Below are positions 38,828-53,000 of a DNA stretch of 64,000 nucleotides, in pieces. The first letter of the stretch is position 1. Every line of letters starts with the position of its first letter. The translations under genes were made by a program, and so were the position numbers. The notes under the pieces were generated by a model. The model was given only the letters and a program-made list of their open reading frames with translations, ran no database searches and had not been told where the DNA came from. Source of the stretch: Camelus dromedarius (taxonomy: Eukaryota); assembly GCF_036321535.1 (NCBI RefSeq), contig NC_087437.1, forward strand, positions 37,326,001 to 37,390,000. The letters run 5' to 3'.

Positions 38828-39004
38828 TAGGATCACCAGTTAAAATATAGTATTCCCGTTTATACCTGAATTTTAGATAGATAACAAATAACTTGTTTAA
38901 GTATATATTCCAAATATTGGATGACTGAAAATTATTTGTTGTGTGCCTGGAGTTGAAATTTAACTGCACATTCTGCATTTTCTTTGGTAAATCTGGATAC
39001 TTTA
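38828..39004. mobile_element. MER53 (palindromic hAT MITE)
   Basis: taggatcaccag...tgaattttagatagataacaaataa...aattatttgttg...gaaatttaactg...taaatctggatacttta; internally self-complementary. Confidence 0.8.
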
Positions 39005-40714
39005 GGAAATTTTATTGTGTGTCAGTGTAATATTTTTGACACTTAGATTACAAATGTTGTGCAAGTTGTAAATAGACCCATGTGATAGCAAAATTCCCAT
39101 TTTTTTAAAGACTAATATTAACTCTAATTATTCCATGAAAAAGTGTTCATACTGTATTTCTTAGAGCAACCACTTAACTATGAAGAAAAGAGACATACCT
39201 AAGTAAGAATAAATTTTTTAAAATATACATTTAACCTCAATAGTCAAGAACGAAGCTATTACAAAAAACAGAAATGTGAGGAGACACAAAAAGGAAAACA
39301 AATAGTAAAATAGAGAACCTATTCTAAACATAATTGCACTAATAATTAATAAACTAAAATCTCCACTTAAAAGACAGAGTTTTCCTGCAAGAGTTGTAAT
39401 TAAATATATATAAACACTTCAAGATGAAGGGTTAAGGTATATTATAAAAGCAGTAAACCTTAATATGTAAGATTGGATATAGAAATATGGGATAAAGTGG
39501 ACTTTGAGGCAAACAGAACATTCAGTACATCAGGGAGATACACTAATCATAAACATGTAGACACAAAATAATATAGGCTTCACAATATATTAAGCAAGAA
39601 TTGACAGAGTGAGTGGGATAGATAGAATATTCCATAATCAGAACTGAAGATTTTAACAGCATTCTCTCAGCAATTGATAGAAAAACCAAGACAAAGAGTA
39701 AAACAGAAAACCTGAATAAGTCTATCACCCATCTTAAACTAATTCATATGTATAGAACACAACACACAGAAACTGCTTAATACCAATTTTTTTTCATGTG
39801 TACATGGTGCTTTCCCTAAAACTGACCACATATTGTGCCATAGAAAGAACTAAATAAATTTAAAAGGATTGCAATCACATACAGTACGTTCTCTGACCAC
39901 AATGGATTTATTTGAAAATTAATGCATTGTAGCCACAAAAAACCCTTAAGATCTTAAGAAATAAATTCAACAAAAGATGTGCAAGTCCTCTTAACTAAAA
40001 ATAACAAAATAATAATGAGAGATATTAAAAAGGGCATACATAAATTGGGATACAGTATATTCATGGAGTAGAAATCTCAGTATCGTAAACATCCATGACG
40101 TCCAAACTGCCCTATTAAATTTAATGCAGTCATAATCATAATTTCATCAGATTTTGATAGGTAATTAAAAGCTAAATATAAAATGTATGTGAAAAGGAGA
40201 AGACCTAGAATATGCAAATTATTATTTTTGTGCAATTGCATTCCATTGATTTCTTGATTAAATACCTTTGTTTGATTTGATGTTTTATTCAATTATATAT
40301 AATTGCATTAAATTTTGTCTAGCTTTAATGTGTGTCTGTATCAAAAATGTTTCTAGTCTTCACCAACCACACCCATACACACATACATACAGACACACAT
40401 ATTAATTAGTTATTTAGCAAAATATTCACCTTAAACTTATCTTTGGTAGAAAGATATGTTTTCATTTTAGTTTTTTTTTTAATTTGGCATTTATATACTG
40501 ATTATTTGTGTAAGTCATGTAAGAAAAGTGTAAACATAAGGGGAATTAAGTAAACCAACTATTTGAATTACTTTAGAACCCTAAATGTAAATATTTCCAA
40601 ATAATATATGTGGAAAAATTTATAACTGTTACCTCACAAAGAAAGTAATAATACTGTGTCTCTGGCACACAGAGTAAACATTAGCAGGAGTAATAATATA
40701 TTAACAGCAATAAT

Positions 40715-41040
40715 AATAATAGTGCCTGACACTATGTAAGAGACACTATTCAAGTTGTTTGCAGGTATAATTTCATTTAATTTTCTCAACAATTCTAGAG
40801 TTACATTACTTGTGTCTTCAATTTAGCAACAATATTAATTACAATAAATAAAAATGATAACTAAAATTTTTCAAACACTTAATTCTCACAAAAGCTAAAC
40901 ACTAATCTCTATTATGCTTATTTTACAAAGGAGGAATCAGAGAGTTGAGTAATTTGACCAAGTTTAACCAACTGGTCCGTGGGGACACTAGGATTTGAAC
41001 TCAGGCATCCTGGCTCCAGAGTCCTGACTATGAAGTGGTG
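40715..41040 (-). mobile_element. MIR fragments
   Basis: ttcatttaattttctcaacaattct; attttacaaaggaggaatcagagagttgagtaatttgaccaag; ggatttgaactcaggcatcctggctccagagtc. Confidence 0.8.
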
Positions 41041-41247
41041 TTCAGCTTTATATCCCTTACAAAAAGGTATATACTTCAAAGTTTCTACCAGGAAGAAATT
41101 TCTGTTAACTGAGGATGAAGTACCTTCAATTATGGTTATCTTTCCTCTCCCATCTCCAACCCAAAACTGTCCTTTCTAGTATTCTTTGTCAGTTCTCGAT
41201 AACAGCAATTTAGCTGCTCAGGACAAAAGCTTGACTAGGCAATCCTT

Positions 41248-41846
41248 GGTGGTAAAGATAGAATCATTTAAAAAATTGAATTTAAACTTTATTGCAGAGA
41301 ATAAGCTGTAAAAAAATACCCTCAAATATAAGTATATAATAATTAATTATAAGACTAAGGCAGAAAATAAAGGATGATTGGAGAGTGTAGCAGAATGATT
41401 TAGACTGATAGCAAGGGAACTAGTCCATAAGTGACTTGAATACTGAAAGACACTTAGGAATTACTCAGCTAAGTGGGGGATATTCCAGATTGGTGGTTGT
41501 TGACATCAAAACAGAACGTTTATGAACAAATAAATGGGAAGGAGAGAATATTACCAATAACAGTTTAAAGAGTCCAACCTTGAGTTAGAGTCTAGAGTAT
41601 AGACTTGGGTTAGTCAAAGAATAGTGCATTAGAGTTGAGGAGATTACAGACCTGGGGGGGCCAGGTGCTGGATGTGCATCCTTAAGGACAGCCTAGAGAA
41701 ACAGCAGGACTCAGAGTGGAAAGGAAAAACACAGTCAGGGCTAACGTCAAATGAGCAGGAGACACTGGGAGGCTGGCAGAAAACAGCTATAAACAGGCGG
41801 CAAGATAATATTATAGAACAAACCTCTACATTACCATAACCTCACA
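41248..41846. mobile_element. Probable ancient LTR inserted in an L2 (family uncertain)
   Basis: Purine-rich block ending ...aacctcaca, flanked on both sides by L2-like sequence. Confidence 0.35.
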
Positions 41847-43513
41847 AAGAAGGGGTAGAATATATAAATGCGATCAAGCAGTGGTTTTGTTTCTACTTCC
41901 TAAATATTTTGAACTACTCCCTCCAGTTTTGTTCTTTCATTTTTTTGGTCATTTTTTGCTTCCAGTTTAAGATCAATTCCTACTAATTTTCCTCCACAGT
42001 TGTAAAAACTACCATTTATTCCCTATATCTTTTTCCCTTTCGTAATTCTTTACTTTTCCTTGCTCTAAATCCTTCCATAATTATCTAGAACCTAAAATGA
42101 AATATACCAAACACTGTACTATATCTTATCATTCATATGATGACTATGAATGCATCACTCATATTGCCAATATGGTCCTTCATAATATGGCCTCAGTCTG
42201 CATTTCCAGCTTTATCTCATGCAATTCCTTGGTTAAGACTTAAACCTTCTGCAAAACTAACTCCTTATTCTTCAGCGGACTATGGAGACCTATCTTGTAA
42301 CACATTACCTTGTTGCACTTAACATACAGAATATCAAGTAAGTATTTACTTGTTTCTCTATCAACCTGTAAATTCTTTGAAGGGAAATTATACATTTATA
42401 TGATTAAGCATGGTGCCTAGAGTGGAATAGCACTCAAAATATGTTAATTTGATAGAATTGAATTCAGTTTAAATTGAATTATTGTCACTGATGTAGATAA
42501 TGAAATTATCTTGCAGAAGAGGAAGAGAGCATTTCTGACTCTAAAATCAAGATGATCTGCAAATAGCACTTACCTTTTAAACTTGTCCTTGAGAGATGGA
42601 CAGGGATTCAGTTGCTTTACAGTTAAAAGAACATTCCAAAATAAAAAATATCCTGAAAAAAAGACATAGAGGAAAGTATGTGACATCCTGGTAGAACTAT
42701 ACATGGTCTGTATTACTAGAACATAGAACAGAATTTCAGAATTGCAGAGTAAGAGACATAGCTTGGTAAAAAGAAAGCATGAGAATAGGTTTAGAGATAA
42801 TAACAACTAAGTTTACTTTAATCTATCAGCTTATTTCTGGATATAAAATAACATTCCGTGGGGCCAAACATTATTTCTAACTAGAGAAGTGGCATTTCAG
42901 ATTTGTGTTTATTCTTAAATACAATAATCCAAGCGACTGTGAAATTTGCCTTTGGATTTATAAGATAGTAAAGCCTGTATTCTGGACCAGATAATTTTCA
43001 TAACTGATATCACAAATACTTATATACTCAGATTTCTGTCCAAGTGGTTGATCAGATTGTGTTTTAGTGATTGTAACATGTCGATGAACCCTGGCATTTA
43101 AGTTAATAAGGTATAAATGAAGACATAGTTTGTTCTCTGAATGGTTGTAACAGCCTGCTGGGTTTCATCAATCATGAAACAATTCATGCTGGGACTGAAC
43201 AACAACAAAAAAATACCAAAAAAAAAAAAAAAAAAGTGAAGGGAATGTTACTGCTTTTAAATAGGTAGGGATTATATTTGTGAAACTAAAGTGTCAAAAA
43301 ATAACAAGTGAATGTTTGAATGATACTATGATATAATTATTTTCTTACAAAGATAATGATATATAATATTTTTAAAGATTAAATTCCTAGCCTACTATTA
43401 TCTGAACAAAGTAAAAATTAAATTGAACAATTCTGTAAAATTAAATTTAAGATAATAATTTTCCACTTACATCCAAATGATTTCATTCTTGGATGATATT
43501 ATATTTATATGTT

Positions 43514-43573
43514 AAGTAATATTTCTATGAGTCTTGTTTCAAAAGTAATATTTCTGTGAGAGTCTTGTTTCAA
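43514..43573. repeat. Tandem duplication (about 29-bp unit)
   Basis: aagtaatatttctatgagtcttgtttcaa / aagtaatatttctgtgagagtcttgtttcaa. Confidence 0.88.
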
Positions 43574-43904
43574 ATTAAGGTTTTGCTTTGAAAAATACAA
43601 ATTTTAAATGATATTATTTTAGAGAAATACATTTATTTAAAAATGTTTTCTCAAATCTTTTTCAAATATTAAAAATTATTTCTCTGATGAATTTCCTTCA
43701 TAGGATCTACAATAATTATTTGTTTTAAGAAGTAGTTTAAGATCTCTCTAGCTTTTCCAGTAGAAAACTAATTTTCTTTGTGTCTTTAGGTCAAGCTCAG
43801 TTTCCAAGCTATTATATCCTTAGGAAAATATTATTTTTCTCGATCTATTCATCTAACATAATAAAATCATAACATAAGTGAGTCATTTTCAAAAGGAAAT
43901 CATC

Positions 43905-44138
43905 CAAGTAAGATAAAAAGAATCTAAAATACACATAATTTTACTTATCAAATAAGATATGGCATCTGAATTATAATTCATTATAATACATTGCATTACC
44001 TATTAATAGATTACATATATAATACAACATAATAATACAGTACATATTATATTCAATATAATACAAGTAAGATAAAAAGAATCTAAAATACATGTAATTT
44101 CACTTATCAAATAAGATATGGCATCTGAATATAATTCA
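43905..44138. repeat. Direct repeat of about 76 bp with an AT-rich spacer
   Basis: caagtaagataaaaagaatctaaaata...cttatcaaataagatatggcatctgaat at 43905-43980 and 44064-44138. Confidence 0.92.
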
Positions 44139-45936
44139 CTACATTACAACATAAGACAATATATTGTCTTTTTATATTAAAATTGTTCTGCCAAGCCAAC
44201 AAATATATATTTATTAATTTTATTAATTCATTAAACAAATATCATTGTTGGTAACATAGAAGAGACTGCAATATACATAGCATGGCGAAGCAATTATAGA
44301 GACTTTCACCAAAAATATGACAATAAGGTAAATATGCTTCCCTTCAAGATGGTGTTTGGTTTGGGAAATTTCTCCCTTATCCACTACTGCAAACAGATAG
44401 CAATGGTTTATAAAGAATTAAAATTAAATTATAAGCACAGAGCTGTATTTAAAAACAAGAATATCTTTGCAATTTAAAATGCAAAGTATTGAGCAAGACA
44501 GAAGGTGTAGTCTGCTGATTTCTTGCTTCTAAAGCAAGTAGATGTGAAAGAAGTACAGAGTAATGAGAACTGGAAATGGTGGGGGAGAACAGAAGCTTGA
44601 GATAGAATGCTTGATTCCAGAAAGCGGGGTGGGGCTCCCCCCTTCAAAAACACATTTAAAAGCATTTCTTACCCATGACTCTTTGAGCAATGAATTCTAT
44701 GCAGTCTCATACATAAAAGGGGTCTGAGACCAATGCAAGTGTAGCATTAAATCCAGGATTTGGCCAATTCACTGACAGGCTTACTCATTATATATTCCCA
44801 TCACCGTAAGCAAGGAGAACCAGCCACATGCTTTAAATCTATTTCAAACGTGGAGATTCCACAGAGACCAAAAGTAAGCAAACACAAAACTACCAGACTA
44901 TAAATAAAGGTGAATGCAGAAAGAAAGGGCAAAAGGGACAGGAAAATAAATGTCTCACTCATGATGAGTCTGAAAATTCAAATTCATGAGGATTTTGAGG
45001 AAACCCATGAATAAATCTATTACTAAAACCAAAAATAGAAACATTATTTTGACAAAATTAATATGTTATATCAATGAAAAGGAAACTTGAATTAAGTATG
45101 ATTAGGTTCCTAAAACAGAACAAGGAAAAAATATTTGAAACAAAATGAAACAAAATGAATCAAACAAAAACAAGAAACTCTAGATGTTATAAAACAATTA
45201 TAGGTAGAAATAAAAGAAGTAACAATAGAATGAAAACTATTACTTATCAAGAAAAAGAAGAACAGTCAATAGAAAACAAAACTAATGTATCTGTGGGTTT
45301 ATATTATATATATATTCTTTTTGTTTTTTAGTGACTTTTCTTCATTTTAATTACATATATACACACATAGGTTTATACATGTGTATATGTACATATTTAT
45401 GTATAACTAAAATTCAATTGCTAACACTCGTGGAATAGGATTAGGAGATACTACTTATGTCTGTAATAGTCTATTCCTTAAAGAAAAGCAAATCTGAGTC
45501 ATATTTGGCAAAATGTCAGTATCTGTTGTGTGTTTTAGTAGGAACAGATTATTTTAGTTTATTATCCCCTATACATCTCTGTGTTATTGAAATTAGAATA
45601 TAGTATTAAATAACAAATTAACAGAAAGGAAGTACCTTGTTAATGATATGGATAACTGCACCTTTTTAAATTGGGACATACATACAACTTAATTTTTTTC
45701 AGGCAATGAAAGTTTTGGTACTAAAATAATCTGGGTCAGTAAAAATTGAAAATTATATGTGTGTGTGAGTGTCTGTATTTATAAAATCTTATTAGCTTAC
45801 AACATAAATGCATTATTATCAATATTTATGCATACTGATGTGTAAATATATGTATGTAAATGTATGAAAATACATATATATAAATTACACATAGCTCATT
45901 TATATATGAGAGAGAGGGAGAAAGAGAATTTGCTTT

Positions 45937-46590
45937 GACTGAGAAACCAAAAGTCTGCTCTTCCATTCATCAGGCTGGGATGACAGATATGGGTAAAGCC
46001 AGCTGCCGAGTTAACAAGAAACAATTTTTTTCCCAAGGTCCCTGTGCAACTTTAAAGTATCATAGCAATCCCTTCCTTGAGTGACTACTTTCTATTCACA
46101 GCAAAACTTTGTTCTCTATCTCCAAATGAAAGACTATCACAAACTGTTGTTTGAAATTACCTCAGTAGAAATGTAACATTCTTCTCTTGCCTGGGGGATC
46201 TAATTGGCTTTGACACAGAGAAGCAGCCTTGATTTCCAATCCAGATGGAGAGTGTCAGATAATAAGTTTCTGAACACATTTTTCACATTTATAAGTTTGT
46301 AGTTTTGAAAGAAACAAAAGGCTGGGTTCCCTTTGCAGTCCAGAGCAGAAACCGACCCCTTAATGGTCAGTCTACTTTGATTTGAGCCTATCAAAACACT
46401 TCAATTAAATTTTACCTAAACTCCATTCTTTCTCCTAATTTCACAATTACTCCATTTTTCCCAATTGCTTGGTGAATTGTCTGATGGTTGCTTCTGAGTG
46501 TGTTTTCTCTTATTGCTATGGGTCAATAAACCTAACTAACTCAGACTGAGTTTGTCCCTGATTGTCTTAAGCTGATTCAGCTAGAGCTAG
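45937..46590 (+). mobile_element. ERV1-class LTR (MER110/MER89/MER90-like)
   Basis: U5-like tcaataaacctaactaactcagactgagtttgtccctgattgtcttaagctg; internal tcccttccttgagtgactactttc. Confidence 0.55.
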
Positions 46591-46655
46591 GGAGAGAATA
46601 GATAGATAAATAGATTGATCGATCGATTGATAGATCAATAGATTGACAGAAATAG

Positions 46656-46994
46656 TTTTGACCTGAAACAAATACATTGCCAGATACCTCTCCAGCAAAG
46701 AGGTTTATTTAGAATCAGGGGAGAATCGCAATTCATAGCCTGCAACCATGGTGAGCCACGTGCAAGTCCCTGCATGGCAAAGGAAGAGGATGCTAATATA
46801 GGGAGGAAAAGGAAGGCAGGAAGGCTACAGTAAACAGAGAACACATAGCTTTTCATCGACTGAATTCTTGTCAGGAAAGAAGAGGAGTCTTTCTTATTCC
46901 TGTTGGGCTCTGCTTTCATCACAGGGCACAAGAGCTCCACCGCTGTTCTCCCAACTCTATTTCATTGCGATTTCTATTTATTAATTTTTTTACA
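46656..46994 (-). mobile_element. ERV1-class solo LTR inserted in a (GATA)n tract
   Basis: Minus-strand AATAAA (ggtttattt), CCAAT/TATA-like spacing, ends ...ttttaca; 4-bp TSD atag at 46652-46655 and 46995-46998; GATA repeats on both sides. Confidence 0.7.
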
Positions 46995-47049
46995 ATAGAT
47001 AGATGGATGTGTAGATAGATAATCTCAATTCCTTTCTCTAATCAGATAC

Positions 47050-47740
47050 AGACATCTTAAATAATAACTCAGTAAATGGAGTCAGAAAAGGAAAAACAAA
47101 TATTGTATCATGGCATAGAAGGATAGCTCAACTTAAAATCTGACAACATAATCCACCAAATTAATAGATTTAAAAGAAACGAGTATCTCAATAGTTGCAC
47201 AAAAGCACTTAATATAATTCAATACTCATTCATGATGTTAAAAAAAACAGATTCTTAGCAATCTGTGAATGGAAAGGAACTTTATTAACATAATGATGGC
47301 CATCCAGCTAATCTATTCATCTAATATCTTTAATAAGACTGTAGAACAATTGCCACTAAATTTAGGAGTAAGCAATGGATGCCCTATTTCACTGTTTTTT
47401 ATTACATATTGTCCTGAGCAGTGCAGTAAGACAATAAAAAAAAAGTTAAAGACATACAGATTGAAAAGGAGAAAAATTCTGATTTTTATATAATGTGAAT
47501 GTTTACATGGAAAAGTCCATATAAAATATAACAGAACTTTAAAAAATAAGTTAGTATAAGATGAGCAAGTGAACTAGGCACATGATCAACATTAAAAAAA
47601 TGCTGATAATATTTTTATATGTCAGTAACTGAAAATACATTATTGAAATAGAATTAAAATATAAAATCTGAGAAATAAATCTATCCAAAGAGGTTTAAGA
47701 TTTTTATTAAGAAACATACAAAATATTTTTAAAAGGCTGT
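47050..47740 (+). mobile_element. Old L1 ORF2 (RT region) fragment
   Basis: atctcaatagttgcacaaaagcacttaatataattcaatactcattcatgat...aatggaaaggaactttattaacataat...ggagtaagcaatggatgccct. Confidence 0.8.
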
Positions 47741-49567
47741 AACATAAAAAATAAAGATTGATTTTCATATAAGATCTATAAAAATTGGAGATTAGAATTT
47801 TTCCAAGATGAAATACTGATCTCCCTTTAATATTTATCTGCTTCTGTTTAGTAATAAAATATTTCCCTGTTGCTTTATGAGCAACTTTCTAAGTTTGATG
47901 ATAGTTGCAGAGTGTCCCCATGAAATAAGTGAAATGCATGTGAACTCCATGCTTACTCCCGAGAACCTTCGTGATCTATTGTTGAGTTTGGAGTTGGGCC
48001 TGTGCTTCACGTTGCCAGGAGTCTGATCTCCAGATGGAGAGACGGTAGGACATTATTATATTACGGATTCGGATTTTAAAGCCTTTTACATTTTTTTTTA
48101 ACCAAAGCACCATGATTCTTGCTCTCACAGAACATTGTAGACAATAAGTTTTTCAGAAGAAAATGTCTTGAAGCCTAGGCAGGTATAATTATTTGCACTA
48201 TTTGGCACAAGTGTGGGTGAGAGAATAAATCATCCTATGTCTTCTGAGTCTATTTCTTTATTTTCCAAACTAAACTATACTGTTTTTAAATAAATTTCAG
48301 TTTGTACCTATAATTTTAGCAGAAAAAAAAAAAAGAATGCCCTACATATCTAAGAGTGGGAAGAAGAAAGGATGGGAAAAGGGGAGAAGATTGCCTCTTG
48401 AGTTTAAGCCTAGAATTGCTAAGATTGGGGCTGTGTCTTGGAGGATTGCGGGGTGGGGTGTCTGGATGAAGATCAGCAGCGATTCTGCCATCTGGAAGCT
48501 TTAATTTCCTGCAGCTAGACACTTTAAAAAAGCTGCTCATCCCTTACGGTAAACTTAGCATTTCTGCTGTTCTGGCAATGATGCACTTGGTGTGCAGGCT
48601 GCCTCTGGCTATTATATTATTCTTGTCAGATTACCTCCTGTCCCAGACATGCTGGAGCCTGTGGAGTGAGGTTCCGGCCGCGTGCAGCATGCAGAGCCTG
48701 TGCCAAGGTCAGACAGAGCTGGGTACTCCTACCAGGTTGCATTTCCTGGAGATGAGGTCTAACAAGTGAAAGGTAGCATCTCAGGGAGAAACCACAATTT
48801 TGCACAGGCAAATCTTAAACCAAGCTTCCATGTAGAAGGAGGGAGAGAGACAGAGACAGAGAGAGGGAACCGAGGGACAAATATGGAAAATCTAATTCTG
48901 AAGCACAGGAATTAAGACTGGAGACAAATGAAAAGAGCATTTGGTGTTTCAACACAGATCGTGCGGCAAAACCTTCAAGGTAAAAGAGCAGCTTTAGGGG
49001 CTTTTAATAAGGCACCCAGGGCCTCAAGGATAGAAAGAAAGGTAACTATGTAGAGTAGAAGCATTGCCTGGACAATTTGCCCTTCGAGATACTTAATTGA
49101 AAGATATCTAAATAATGTTTTTCCTTTATTATGCTTATGAAAACTCTATGTACATATATATGACACACACATATATGTGTCAGATACATATGTATGTGAT
49201 AATAACAAATCTATAAATGATGATAATGAAATAAACAGATATGGGAAGAATTTTACAAATCTGATCTCATAAAAACTCTTGACTTGAAAAAAAAATGGTT
49301 CATTTAAGGAGTCACATGAATGAATACGTTCCAGCTGTTAATAGGCCTTTAGAATCTAATTAAAAGCAAACAAAAAAATTATACGGAGTGAGAGACTCAA
49401 GACACTCCAAAAACTGCAAGCTCTACCACACAGAATCACATATAGTAAGTGTATAACACATTTATCTAATTAATCAAGGATAAAAAAAAGTGCTTTATAA
49501 AATAGAGAAACTTCCATCTCCAAGACACATAGTATTTAAAGTATTTTAATTGTTTTTTCCCCTATAA

Positions 49568-50050
49568 CAGTCAGCATTCTTAAATGCAAGCATCAGATAT
49601 CAGCTTTGGCTAATTTAAATTGAAAGGGAATTTAATAAAAGGTAACTCAGTAGCTCACACAAACTTCGGGATGTGTCTAGATCAAATCTGAAGCCTATGT
49701 AGCCAGGAATAACATCACAAGCTTTGTCACCTAACAGCAAGAACACTTTTTTTTTGGCCAATATCCTTGAGAACAAACATTGAAAAGTGCACCTCTGACA
49801 TCATCAGCTCTGGATACTGGGGGTGCTAAAACCACTGCCAGCCACTGCCACCTGGATGTGGCTATAGCTGCCTTCCCTGTTATAGTGCTCACAAGGACAG
49901 CTTCCATATCCACTGCTTTTTGTATGTCCAGCTGCGATAGGTGCAATAATTGGTGAGGCCCAAGTCATAGCCACCAACTTGACAGAAGGTGCGCCTAAGA
50001 GCAAGTAACCAGCAGTTTAATCTTCAGCAGTGGAGATGGACTGCACCTTA
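49568..50050 (-). mobile_element. Old MaLR LTR (MLT1K/N-like)
   Basis: gtcagcattcttaaatgcaagca...tttggctaatttaaattgaaagggaatttaataaaaggta...gtagctcaca; attggtgaggcccaagtcat. Confidence 0.6.
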
Positions 50051-50053
50051 TTA

Positions 50054-50087
50054 GGTGGTAGATCATAGTTGGTGGTAGATCATAGTT
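50054..50087. repeat. Perfect 17-bp tandem duplication
   Basis: ggtggtagatcatagtt twice. Confidence 0.92.
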
Positions 50088-53000
50088 GATGGTTCTGCCA
50101 TCTCTTAATCATATACATGGATATGATTAAGCTATTTTAATATGATAGTGCTAAGAATCCTGATTTTTTATTAAATACATAGTAAATAAGTTTGGTTATG
50201 AATAAAACTCCATTGCACAAGGACAGAAGTTCTCAGTATGGAAGTGTGATATTCAGAGGCTTTGAAATCCAAATAGTTCAATTCAGATACAATCTTAGAA
50301 GAATATGATGGTCCTCCAATGTGCATGTAATAATCCATAATCAAAAGCCATTCCTTCTTCTGGATGCATATGATTATTGAGTTCCTCTAGCCCCTTTGTA
50401 ACTACACAGATGATTGGCCTAAAGTTTAAGTATCTGAGAGCAGCAGGTCACTGAACAGCCCCTAAAACAAAAGGACCCACAGAGACAGAAAAAAACTTTC
50501 TCAAAAAGAAAGTTAAAGGTACTGATATCACCTTTTATATTCTCTTTTGAGTGTAAGATTCTATACTGTGGTGTAATATAATAATATTCTATATGATTGA
50601 ATTTTATACAGAATATATCTACATAAATAGGATGTAATCAATGTGTGATTATATATTAATATATAATGAATTTTAGTGTAATAATAGTAGATACTCATTC
50701 TAAAAGAATAAATAAAATATCAAAATTCGCTATAATTGACAGAGAAAATACTTTATTCTTGACTTCAGACTATAAGCACTCAGCTTTTCTGACTCATCTA
50801 ATGGACACATCTGATTCTAGTGTAAAAAAATTGTGGGATACTTCATGCTTTTATTAATTCAGAAGGAATAAATGGTAGATGTCATCTGCTTTATAAAATT
50901 AGTTCCTCTTTTCTTCCTGGAGTCTATGCACTCTATTAGTGCAGGAAGGAATACTATTTATCTATTTATACAACTCATGGTGTTGAGCCCCACAAAGTAA
51001 ATGCCTAGTTAATGCTTGTTTGAAAGATAAACTTTAAAATTATACTTAATTTAGGAGCTGATGATAAGGCTTGATGAGGAAATATTAATTGAAACAAATA
51101 ATAACATTATATTGGTACTACATTATATTAATCTCAATACTTTCAATTTTTAATCATAGAATCATTAAACTATATCTTTTAGAACCATCAATCTCAACTA
51201 TTAAAAGATGAAAAACATGGATAACTCTCAGAGATTTAAGACAATCTGAGGGTTGAAACTGTAAAAAGAATTACTTAGATTCAAACTGTAATCATTCCTA
51301 CCTAAAAATTTAACCCAGAAACAAAGGAGCAATTTACTCCCAAGGATGGTCCTACTCAGTTTGCTTCAGGGCTTCCTCATTCTGCTCCCATCGTACTGAA
51401 TTACATCTAAATTTAATGTTAAGTGTAAAAGGAAAATACTGCTTTAAAAGTCATTAACAGTAAGCAATATCAACAAGCATCACAATTGATTTATGCTTCT
51501 AGTAACCAAAGTCTCATATTCTTGCAAGGTATAACTAAGTCCTATCCACCTTGGCAAATCATGCAGCCCACTTTATAAAGTAAATCAGAAACGTTAGATA
51601 GTCAATAAATAAATCTATAATAATAAAAATACAAACAAACATAGTAATGATTAAAAATACAAATGTTTAGTTTTAACTTTGGCTTAAAATTTCAGATTTT
51701 AAACCAAATCATTTTCTATAAAATCACTGCAATCATAATTGTAGCAATAACTGTCAATAATTAGATATCCTTTTTGAGCTTTGAATTGAGCTTTAAATTA
51801 TATTTTTGTTTGTAGGATATCATTTTTACTCAATAACTGTCTCACCTTCTTGTAAAATTTGAATGTTCTCACATTGAATGCAATTTTCTCAAATGTTTCT
51901 GATCGAGCTAGTTACCCACTACTTTCCATCTTCTTGACTGTTTCCTACAAATTACAACAATGCTTGGAACATTCCAATATATAACCCAAGCATTCACAGT
52001 GAATTTATACCATATATTTTAAAAATTAAAATTATGATATTTCATTTAAGCCAAACACATCCTTTTAGCTTGATGGGAGATATTTACAATTGTCAGTAAA
52101 GTTATTCTATCCACAATAAGTATGTGTTTTATGTGACATAGACATTATTTATAAAATTATAATAAAAAAGTTGAACTTCTCTCTCTAAGGTGGATCTCTT
52201 ATTTAAGTTCATGACTAATACTTTCAATGTGTGAAAAATGACAGCAGTATTTTAGCAAATATTAATATCCTTTTCAAGGGAACAAAACACAAAAAGTCAT
52301 AATTGGCTGATAAATGTGAATTATTTAAATGAGTTCTTCATCAGAACATGAAATTTACCTTAATTGTATAGTTCAAAAAGTGCTGTATAGATTCAGGAAA
52401 GGTATAAGTCAAATGTAAATGGATTAGTATCTTTAATTAGTAACATTCAGGTAGCTTAAGATACTAAATCAGCTATCCCACACACGTCAAAGAGACAAAA
52501 ACAGGTGTTAAATACACTCTAATTATCAAAACAAGCGTTTGAACAAGTTTCAAGTAAATGGTTTAAAATTTTAATTAAAGTATGCAGTGGTAATGATTCC
52601 ACAGTCCAAAGATTTCAGTCTTGGATCAATTCTCTAGACTTGGGTAAGGACCCCTGTCCTGGACCTCATGCATGCAGATGATATTTGAATTCAGTGTTCA
52701 GCTCTAGGACATCATGTACTAAAACCATTAACTTTACATCTCATTATTAACATCATTACACCCTGGAGAAATGAAGATCTGCATCCTCAAAGCAAAAGAT
52801 AATGGTCCTCCGACAGGAAAGTGTGTGGGTTATACTGCAACTGAGCCTGGAATCAGACACTTTTTATGAATGTGAAGGGTTTGAACCATAGAAGCACTTA
52901 GCTAAGAGAAAAGATAAATCTGTTACCAACTTTTTTTTTTTTCTCAGCAAGAATGAAATACATTCTTTCAAAACAAAATGAAAAAGTGTCACTTCTCAGC

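Larger units (their letters stand above)
37600..40230 (+). mobile_element. Old L1M element (ORF1, ORF2 endonuclease and RT remnants) with nested MLT1A and MER53
   Basis: ORF1-like aaaacagtatttcaagagtagttaatgaaattttctaaaatt; EN-like gaagattttaacagcattctctcagcaattgatag and catacagtacgttctctgaccacaatgga; RT-like aaaagatgtgcaagtcctc. Confidence 0.8.

Noticed and set aside
38828..39004. Long hairpin as a miRNA/ncRNA gene
   Set aside because: Explained by the palindromic MER53 MITE; there is no evidence of expression in the sequence.
43514..44138. Direct repeats as a CRISPR-like array
   Set aside because: Only two copies each, no regular unique spacers, no cas genes, and the DNA is mammalian.
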